Shown: positions 57,196 through 64,000 of the stretch, in pieces | Numbering within the stretch: the first letter of the stretch is position 1 | How the letters are laid out: every line of letters starts with the position of its first letter | Source of the DNA: Myxococcota bacterium | GTDB taxonomy: Bacteria; Myxococcota_A; Polyangia; Nannocystales; Nannocystaceae | DNA length: 64,000 bases | Assembly: GCA_039028615.1 (NCBI GenBank) | Contig: JBCCHT010000008.1 | Coordinates: 32,001-96,000, forward strand | Reading direction: 5' to 3' | Position numbers and translations under genes: made by a program | Notes under the pieces: model-generated | What the model saw: the letters and a program-made list of their open reading frames with translations, nothing else | The model's database searches: none | Told to the model about the DNA's origin: nothing

Positions 57196-57930
57196 CTAGG
57201 CTTCGACGTAGCGAGTGGGGTCGGCGACCCCGGCTTCCTCGAAGCCCTTGCGGCGCAGCTGACAGCTATCGCAACGCCCGCAGGCCAGCGGCCTGTGATC
57301 GGCGTCCGGCACGGGGTCGTAGCAGCTGACGGTATCTCCGTAGTTCACGCCCAGCTCCGTTCCCCGCTTCACGATGCCGGCCTTGGTCAGCTCGAGCAGC
57401 GGCGTGCGAATGCGCAGCGCGTCACCCTGGCCCTGCACCCCCACGCGAGTCGCGAGGTTCGCCATGCGGGCATAAGCGTCGATGAAGTCGGGCCGACAGT
57501 CGGGATAGCCGGAGTAGTCGAGCGCGTTGACACCGATCCAGATGTCGCGCGCCCCGAGGGACTCGGCCCACGCCAGCGCGTAGGAGAGGAACAAGGTGTT
57601 GCGCGCGGGGACGTAGGTCACCGGGATCTCGGACTCGTCTTCGACGTCGCGATCCTTGGGCACGGCCAGCTCGCTGCCCTCGACCAGGGCCGTGGCCGAA
57701 GCGACCAGCCGACCCAAGTGCGACAGATCGACGACCTCGTGGCTCGTCGCGCCCAGGGCCTGGGCCTGCCGCGCCGCGCACCCCAGCTCGATGGCGTGCC
57801 GCTGCCCGTAGCGAAAGCTCAGCGCGTGAACATCGTGTCCGGCCTCGCGGGCGATGGCCATCACGGTCACCGAATCGAGCCCACCGCTCAATAGAACCAC
57901 GGCCGGTCCGGCCGTACTCGAATTCTTCAT
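57196..57930 (-). CDS. queC: 7-cyano-7-deazaguanine synthase
   Basis: [39 protein letters not shown]. Confidence 0.96.
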   Translation of the reverse strand: MKNSSTAGPAVVLLSGGLDSVTVMAIAREAGHDVHALSFRYGQRHAIELGCAARQAQALGATSHEVVDLSHLGRLVASATALVEGSELAVPKDRDVEDESEIPVTYVPARNTLFLSYALAWAESLGARDIWIGVNALDYSGYPDCRPDFIDAYARMANLATRVGVQGQGDALRIRTPLLELTKAGIVKRGTELGVNYGDTVSCYDPVPDADHRPLACGRCDSCQLRRKGFEEAGVADPTRYVEA

Positions 57931-57945
57931 CGGTCTCTTCTCGGC

Positions 57946-58434
57946 TCAGCCCGTGCTGCCGTCGCCCTCGCCCGAGCCGCCTTCGTCGGTCATCGGCTCG
58001 TCGCCATCGTCTTCGGCCCCTGCCTCGCCGCCGGGCGACGCGGAGCAGTTGGGATCGATGACGCCCAGGGCGGGATCGGGGCAACAGTACAGCGCGAACT
58101 GATCGTTGTTGTAGCCGACGGCGCAGCTACACGTCGGCAAGAACGTTGCCGGATCGGTAAAGCACATGCCCCGCTCGTCGCCGCCGCAGAAGAAACCGCG
58201 GCAAGGGTCGGCGGGGTCGTAGCAGAAGTTGCTCTCGAGGTTGCACTGGCCTTCCGCGCACGAGCCATCGGGAGCCAGACACAGCCCGCCCGGCAGCCCC
58301 GGCGGCGGATCTTTGTCGCGCTCGCCTCCGCGGTAACAGGCTTGCGCCAGGCTCAACGCCGTCAGCAACGCCAAACCGGCGCCCCACCCACGCCATCGCG
58401 TGGGACCCCTATCGTGCTTCGCGTGGGTCGGCAC
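57946..58434 (-). CDS. Small Cys-rich lipoprotein
   Basis: AQAC lipobox-like, numerous Cys, acidic tail. Start uncertain. Confidence 0.65.
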   Translation of the reverse strand: MPTHAKHDRGPTRWRGWGAGLALLTALSLAQACYRGGERDKDPPPGLPGGLCLAPDGSCAEGQCNLESNFCYDPADPCRGFFCGGDERGMCFTDPATFLPTCSCAVGYNNDQFALYCCPDPALGVIDPNCSASPGGEAGAEDDGDEPMTDEGGSGEGDGSTG

Positions 58435-58610
58435 TGGGAGGGACGATATCGCCAAACGCTCTCGAGAGAAACCAATGACGACGCGCAGTGGAACCCTTCG
58501 GTCGGTCGGCGGCGGTCCCGTTCGCGTTGATGGGGCAAGGAGCCCCACGGAGAAATCCGTGCCGCCCCTCGGTTTGAAAATGGCGCAGGGCTCCGGTAGC
58601 GTGCTCTTCG

Positions 58611-59537
58611 ATGCGTTTGGTCAGGAACGGTGGTCCGGCGGCGCTGCGCAGCACCGCGGTAGCGCTGGCGGTGTTCATGGGGACCGGGGCCCTGCCTCTC
58701 ACGGCAACCGCTGGCGTGACGCCGTTGCCGCTGCTGGTCAAGAAGAAGAAAAAGAAGAAGTTCACCCCGGAGCAGGCGGCCGATCAGCGCATGCCGATCC
58801 AGGACGAGGGCCGACAGATGGTCGAGGCGGGCGAGCTGACCGCGGCGACCATCCTCTACGACGGCGCCGCGAACTCGCAGGGTGACCCCATTTTGTTCCT
58901 CGACGCGGGCGACACGTACCTCGAGATGGCCATCGTCGAGCGCGACATCGCCTCGGCCGAGACGGCCAAAGAGCGCGCGTACACGGCACGGGACATCCTG
59001 TACTTCCACACGCACGACGCCTCGAGTGACGACTACCGCGTCGTCACCGACGACGAGATCGGCGGCCTCCTGTCGCGGTCGAGCGAGCTCATCGCCAAGG
59101 CCGACGACACCATCGCCGAGATCGAGGCCGAGCAAGAAGCTCTGTCCGAGCCGCCCCCCGCCCCGGAAAAAGCCAAGGGTGACGGCAAGGGCATGCGGAT
59201 CGCTGGCATCGGCTTCATGGCGCTCGGCGTCGCGGGCCTGGGTGCGGGCGCGGCCGGCCTCGTCATCGGGCAGGTCAACCAAAACCGAGTCAACGACGAC
59301 GCGGTCTACGGCGCCGAGTTCGACGACTTCGACGCCCGGGGCCGTCGCGGCAACCTCATCGCGGGCGTGGGCCTGGCGGTGGGCGGCACCGCCCTCGTGG
59401 CCGGCACCGTGCTCTTCATCATCGGAAAACGTCGCGGCAAGAAGGCCGGAGAGGCGGACGAGCCCGCTCCCTCCGACGACGCTTCCGTCGCCGTGGTCCC
59501 CACCGGCCGCGGCCTCGCCCTCGTGGGTCGCTTCTAA
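58611..59537 (+). CDS. Exported protein with helical (TPR-like) domain and C-terminal TM hairpin
   Basis: Signal peptide, K7 tract, helical acidic domain, two Gly-rich hydrophobic segments, ends LALVGRF. Confidence 0.75.
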   Translation: MRLVRNGGPAALRSTAVALAVFMGTGALPLTATAGVTPLPLLVKKKKKKKFTPEQAADQRMPIQDEGRQMVEAGELTAATILYDGAANSQGDPILFLDAGDTYLEMAIVERDIASAETAKERAYTARDILYFHTHDASSDDYRVVTDDEIGGLLSRSSELIAKADDTIAEIEAEQEALSEPPPAPEKAKGDGKGMRIAGIGFMALGVAGLGAGAAGLVIGQVNQNRVNDDAVYGAEFDDFDARGRRGNLIAGVGLAVGGTALVAGTVLFIIGKRRGKKAGEADEPAPSDDASVAVVPTGRGLALVGRF

Positions 59538-59555
59538 GCTCTCAGGATCATCATC

Positions 59556-59960
59556 ATGCCCAAGCTGCCTCTCCTCGCCCTCGTTTTCGGAACCGGTCTC
59601 GCCCTCGTCGCGACCACCCCGGGTGCGGCCTCGGCCGCGGCGACCCTGGGTTGCGACGACGACAGCGGCCTGTGTGTCAATTCCGGCGGAGCCAAGTGGA
59701 GCCCGGACAAGACGGCCTCCGCCAAAGATCGTCGCAAGCGCAAGGCCAAGACCGGCGGCACCCTGAGCGTGGACATCGACGGGGGCCGCGGTAGCGTGTT
59801 CCTCAACGGTCGCTACGTCGGCACCGCCCCGGTCAGCGACGTAGCCATCCCCCAGGGCAAGAACGACGTGCACGTGCGCGACGGCGACATCACGCTGGCC
59901 ACCGGGGTGCTCAACGTGCCCAAGGGCGCCTCGGTCTCGCTGACCGTCCGCCACGACTAG
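59556..59960 (+). CDS. PEGA-domain secreted protein
   Basis: Signal peptide; GTLSV...SVFLNGRYVGTAP...IPQG..DV. Confidence 0.75.
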   Translation: MPKLPLLALVFGTGLALVATTPGAASAAATLGCDDDSGLCVNSGGAKWSPDKTASAKDRRKRKAKTGGTLSVDIDGGRGSVFLNGRYVGTAPVSDVAIPQGKNDVHVRDGDITLATGVLNVPKGASVSLTVRHD

Positions 59961-59962
59961 AA

Positions 59963-59990
59963 CTCACCTCATCGACCCTCGTGGGGTGAG
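59963..59990. terminator. Hairpin between convergent genes
   Basis: CTCACCTCAT / GTGGGGTGAG 10-bp stem with two G-U pairs. Confidence 0.6.
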
Positions 59991-60011
59991 GCGACGGGGC
60001 ACAGTGCCGCT

Positions 60012-61325
60012 TCAGAGCCACGGCGTTCTAGAAATGTAGATGGCGAAGCGGTCCTCGATGATGACGATCAAGTCGTCGATGTCATCGGCGTTGACGTCAC
60101 CGACGACGACGGGAGCATGGGGGAGAGGCACGAGGCTCTCCGCGCCGAGCTGTGGAAACAACGCTCCATGATAGAGATCGAACGACCCGTCCGGGTGATG
60201 GGTGGCATATTGCCCGTGCGTGATGCCGTCGAAAGGGGCAGCAGAGAAGCGACCTGCGAAGGTCAGGCCGCCAACGCCGGGGGACTGCTCGACGGTGAGC
60301 ATCTCCGGTTCGCCGAAACCACCGGATTGCCATTTCACGATCGAGAGCGTTTGTACGTCGTGGACGATTAGGATCTCGGTTGCTGCGTCCCCGTCGAAGT
60401 CACCGGATACCGCCCGGCGCATCGACGGTGGCTGGGGCGAGCGAACGAGGCTGATGTCGCCATCGATCGCTGAGCCGCCGAGCACACTGATGATTTCGGG
60501 TGGATCATGGTTCGGATAGGCCTCGCAATAGCCATGCCATGCGACAGCCAAATCCCCGTGACCGTCACCGTTGTAGTCACCCGCCATGAAGTCCCACGCA
60601 GGGCACTGCAGATCGGTCGGCTCAGAGGCGATGAGCGAGAACTGGCCATTGACGATCGACCACACGTTGATCGTCAGGAGCTGATCGACCCTCTCTCCGC
60701 TGATGAGCTCAGCAATGCCGTCTCCGTCGAGGTCGAGTGACCCGGTGCGTAGCGCACTCACCTCGTGAGTGGCTCCAAAATCACGGAACGCCACCGTGTC
60801 GAGCGTCGTGCTGTCGAGCACCGCCACTTGTAACTTGCCGCTCCCTTGGTCGACGGTGAGCACAATCTCCTCGAGGCCGTCGCCGTCGAAATCCGCGTGG
60901 TGGATCGGCAAATCGCCGGCAAGGTTCCAATCCAAAGTGAACGGGGAGTCCACCTCGGCCAAAATGTCCGCTGGCGGCAGCGGCGTCACCAGCCGCAGGC
61001 CGAAGTCATCTCTGCCTGAGACGAGCAGAGGCCGGAACCCATCGCGGACCTGTTCAACGACGCCAACGGGATAACCGATGGGCTCCCAGTATTGGCGCAA
61101 CTCGTGGCAGAACGGATCGGGAAGGTCCGAGTGCGGGCATTCGAAATCCACGGACGTCGTGCCGTCGGAGCCACTGAGCTCCACGGACGCTCCGCTGCCG
61201 GCGCTACCACCAGCCGAACCGCCGCCGCCCGTCGACACGACGCTCGGGCTGCACCCCATCGCCAGCAACAACGTCCCCGACGTTGCAGCGCGACAGGCGA
61301 TCCGATTCAGCGACATGAAATTCAT
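60012..61325 (-). CDS. FG-GAP/VCBS-repeat lipoprotein
   Basis: AMGC lipobox; DFDGDGLEEI, DLDGDGIAEL, GDYNGDGHGDL, GDFDGD, GDVNADDIDDL. Confidence 0.82.
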   Translation of the reverse strand: MNFMSLNRIACRAATSGTLLLAMGCSPSVVSTGGGGSAGGSAGSGASVELSGSDGTTSVDFECPHSDLPDPFCHELRQYWEPIGYPVGVVEQVRDGFRPLLVSGRDDFGLRLVTPLPPADILAEVDSPFTLDWNLAGDLPIHHADFDGDGLEEIVLTVDQGSGKLQVAVLDSTTLDTVAFRDFGATHEVSALRTGSLDLDGDGIAELISGERVDQLLTINVWSIVNGQFSLIASEPTDLQCPAWDFMAGDYNGDGHGDLAVAWHGYCEAYPNHDPPEIISVLGGSAIDGDISLVRSPQPPSMRRAVSGDFDGDAATEILIVHDVQTLSIVKWQSGGFGEPEMLTVEQSPGVGGLTFAGRFSAAPFDGITHGQYATHHPDGSFDLYHGALFPQLGAESLVPLPHAPVVVGDVNADDIDDLIVIIEDRFAIYISRTPWL

Positions 61326-61482
61326 GCTGCTGTTCAGTCGGCCACGCTGCAAGGATCGTTGCGGACCGACTTCACGAACTTCCGCAGTCCGCATCGACCC
61401 ACCCGTGGGAAGGTGATTCCCACGAAAGGGCCTTGTCGGCTTCGCCACGACGAACATGTTGGGCGGTCGAGGAGGCTTTTTC

Positions 61483-62028
61483 ATGGATGGACCCAGCCAT
61501 ATCCCCCCGCGGCTCGACCTTCCCCGCGAGCAGTGGGCCGACCACCCTCACTATCCGTCGCAGGTGCTCTTGATGCGATCGCACGAGGGCTTCCGCGAGA
61601 TCAGTCGCCAGCTGCTCGAGCGCGCCCGCGAAGGCATCGCGCCTCGTTCCATCGCGTGGATCTATCCGCAGTGGATCGCGGGCATGCGCAGCCACGAGGG
61701 CTATGAGGAGTACAAGCTCTATCCCTTCTTGCGACGGCGATGGGGCGTATCGATGGAGTCGCTCAAAGAAGGGCACCAGCAGCTGCATCGCTGCGACGAC
61801 GCGGTGCGAGCCGCTCTGCTCGAGCACCGCAACGCGGACGGCGACGCGTCGAACGATGCCCTCGTGCGCGCGCTCGAAGAACACGACCGCGTGTTGGTCG
61901 AACACCTTCGGCACGAAGAGGACACCGTCATTCCTCTGCTGCTCGAGCTGTCGCCGGACGAGTTCGACGAGTATTGCCATCACTCGATCGCCGAGCTGCT
62001 ACGACGCCTGGAATCGAGATCTGCGTAG
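61483..62028 (+). CDS. Hemerythrin/HHE cation-binding domain protein
   Basis: H..H...EE..LYP..H...H...EE..VIP spacing; GGAGG RBS. Confidence 0.8.
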   Translation: MDGPSHIPPRLDLPREQWADHPHYPSQVLLMRSHEGFREISRQLLERAREGIAPRSIAWIYPQWIAGMRSHEGYEEYKLYPFLRRRWGVSMESLKEGHQQLHRCDDAVRAALLEHRNADGDASNDALVRALEEHDRVLVEHLRHEEDTVIPLLLELSPDEFDEYCHHSIAELLRRLESRSA

Positions 62029-62239
62029 GGTGTCAATGGGCCGGCCAGTTTCGGATCCATCGACCCAAAACCAGGCCCGGTCATGAGCAAGTGTTTGCCG
62101 GGCTCGATATCGAGCCCGGCGGCGAATACCGGCCCAAATCGTTGTTCCAGCGCATCGGGATTATGGGGGCGTACGCTTCGTTCATGCCCCGTTGGATTGT
62201 GGCGGGGACACTTGACGGAGCCTAGGCCCCCTCGGCAGC

Positions 62240-63814
62240 GTGGCCTTGATGGGCTCGCCACGCGACGCCTACGAGCTTGGTGGCGTCGCCGGCGAAGGCC
62301 GCACGACGCTCGTTCGCCTCGGTGTTCGCCGGGGTGACAGCCAACCCGTAGCGCTCAAGCAGCTGCGCACCGACCACGTCGAGCGCCCCGGTCGGCGCGT
62401 GCGCTTCATCGAGCAGGCCCAGCGAGCGAGCCTGCTCGACCACGAGACCGTGGAGCGGATCTTCGACGTGCTCGATGATCGCGAGCGCCCCCTGGTGGTC
62501 GCGGAGTGGATCGACGGCCGAGCGTTGAACCGACTCATCGATCGGCGGCGAACCAGCGGCGAGTCATGGTCGCCCGAAGCCGTCACGCACATCGCGACCT
62601 GCCTGCTCGAAGCCCTGCGCCACGCCCACCAGCAGCTGTCGCACTTCGATGTGCCGGGCGTGATGCTCCACGGCGGCATCGCGCCGCGCAACGTGCTGGT
62701 CGACATCGAGGGCAACATCAAGCTCGTCGGGTTCGGCATGGCCTCGGTGTGGCAAGAGGCGCCCGAGCCCTGGCAAGACCTCGAGACCCTGCGCTACCTG
62801 TCCGCCGACCATGCGCGACGCGGGGCCTCGCCTGCCTCCGACCTCTATGCCGTGGGCGCGATCGTGCACGAGCTATTGTCAGGGAAACGCTTCCGTGACG
62901 AGTGCAAGACCGAGGAGCAGATGCGGGAGGCGATCGATCGCCTCGAGCCCCCGCCGCGGCCCCGCAAGGACGTCCCCTCCGCCCTCGAGCGGCTGCGTCG
63001 GCGCCTGCTCGAGCCCGCCCCCAACCCCCGCATGACGCTCGAGCACATGCTCGACATCTGTGCCGCGGTGCCCGTGGATGGGGCCCGCACGGAGCTGCGC
63101 GACCTCGTCCGCGAAGCGCTGCGCATGGACAGCACCCAGACCGGCCCTACCCCGGTGGTCGAAGAAGATGCCGCCGTCGCCCGCTCGCACAAGCAGTCGG
63201 TTTCGAACCCGCTGAAGCAGGCGCTCGAGCAGGTGCCGATCGGCAAGGAGCCGCGTCGGCGGGGTCGCGACACGCAGTCGGTGCCCGTGCCCGTCGACCA
63301 CGAGCAGACGGCGCCACGGCGCCCGCTGTTCCTCCAGCAGACCGCACCGCCGCAGAGCGACGAGACCCGCGACGCCGAGCAACGCCGCAGCGGCCGCGAC
63401 GAACCCAACCTCGACGTGGGGATCGAAGATCGGATCGAGGAGCCCAACCCCCAGTCCATCGCCGAGGTGGACACCGCACCGCTGTCGGTCGAAGAGGGTG
63501 CGCCCCAGATCCCCATGGATGATCTGGAGCCGCTGCCGATCACCGAGCCCAAGGAGACCGATGAGATCCCGCGGGCGCCCGAGCACATGCAGGAGCGGCT
63601 ACGCCCGAAACCTCCGCAGGTCGTGTCGGCCTCAGGCGAGATGGGCGAGCCCAGCGAAGTGGCTCGCTCGTGGCTGCAGGTCCGCGGCCCGCTGGGCTGG
63701 GCCTTGGTGGGTGCGCTGGGCGTGGGGATCGGTCTGCCGCTCGCCGTTCGGTGCTCGGCCGGAGAAGCGAGCGTCCCCGACCGCTCGGCCCCGACCACCG
63801 AGCCGGAGCGCTAG
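62240..63814 (+). CDS. Membrane-anchored Ser/Thr kinase-like protein (probable pseudokinase)
   Basis: VALK present, but HGGIAPRN replaces HRD and VGFG replaces DFG; disordered linker; C-terminal TM. Confidence 0.82.
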   Translation: MALMGSPRDAYELGGVAGEGRTTLVRLGVRRGDSQPVALKQLRTDHVERPGRRVRFIEQAQRASLLDHETVERIFDVLDDRERPLVVAEWIDGRALNRLIDRRRTSGESWSPEAVTHIATCLLEALRHAHQQLSHFDVPGVMLHGGIAPRNVLVDIEGNIKLVGFGMASVWQEAPEPWQDLETLRYLSADHARRGASPASDLYAVGAIVHELLSGKRFRDECKTEEQMREAIDRLEPPPRPRKDVPSALERLRRRLLEPAPNPRMTLEHMLDICAAVPVDGARTELRDLVREALRMDSTQTGPTPVVEEDAAVARSHKQSVSNPLKQALEQVPIGKEPRRRGRDTQSVPVPVDHEQTAPRRPLFLQQTAPPQSDETRDAEQRRSGRDEPNLDVGIEDRIEEPNPQSIAEVDTAPLSVEEGAPQIPMDDLEPLPITEPKETDEIPRAPEHMQERLRPKPPQVVSASGEMGEPSEVARSWLQVRGPLGWALVGALGVGIGLPLAVRCSAGEASVPDRSAPTTEPER

Positions 63815-64000
63815 CGCTTCACGTCATCGTCGAGCCACGAGGGCATCTGCTCCATCGCGAGCAGCTCCTCGACGGTCTGGCGCTTGCGGATGGTGTCGAA
63901 CTGATCACCGCGCACCAGCGCCTCGGCGACCAGGGGCCGCGTGTTGTAGGTGCTGGCCATGGTCATCGCGTAGGCACCCGCGCTCAGCACCGCGAGCACC
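63811..64000 (-). CDS. lysA: Diaminopimelate decarboxylase, C-terminal fragment (gene continues beyond the window)
   Basis: AGAYAMTMASTYNTRP..AE.LV...IRKR. Confidence 0.85.
   Translation of the reverse strand, partial: VLAVLSAGAYAMTMASTYNTRPLVAEALVRGDQFDTIRKRQTVEELLAMEQMPSWLDDDVKR

Noticed and set aside
57196..57930. queC as part of a defence or DNA-modification island (Qat/Dpd type)
   Set aside because: Canonical-length housekeeping QueC with no ATPase, TatD or dpd neighbours.
1..64000. tRNA, rRNA, IS elements, integrases, prophage genes
   Set aside because: No supporting motifs or terminal repeats seen.

Overview
High-GC bacterial chromosomal window. Gene content points to a myxobacterium of the Nannocystaceae/Plesiocystis type (inference): many Hanks-type kinases, ECF sigma factors, an FHA-sigma54 activator, and Cys-rich and VWA lipoproteins. 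About 48 CDS are supported, including rlmKL, suhB-like, queC and the 3' end of lysA. I saw no rRNA, tRNA, CRISPR array, transposase or integrase. The best candidate for an undescribed system is a two-gene lipid/aminoketone module: an alpha-oxoamine synthase fused to a GNAT/Fem-like domain, followed by an ACP-fatty acyl-AMP ligase fusion (50431-54816). Other highlights: a four-gene translationally coupled double-kinase operon (one kinase has a Tyr-kinase-like HRDLTARN loop) opposite an activator lacking the GAFTGA loop; a LysR gene apparently starting at ATC ahead of a membrane protein-racemase-GNAT cassette; a membrane-anchored ECF sigma fused to a large periplasmic domain; a sigma54-driven small secreted LRDPF-repeat protein; and a Pho-box-like site upstream of a PiT-like permease. 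All calls come from reading motifs by eye; no database search was run.
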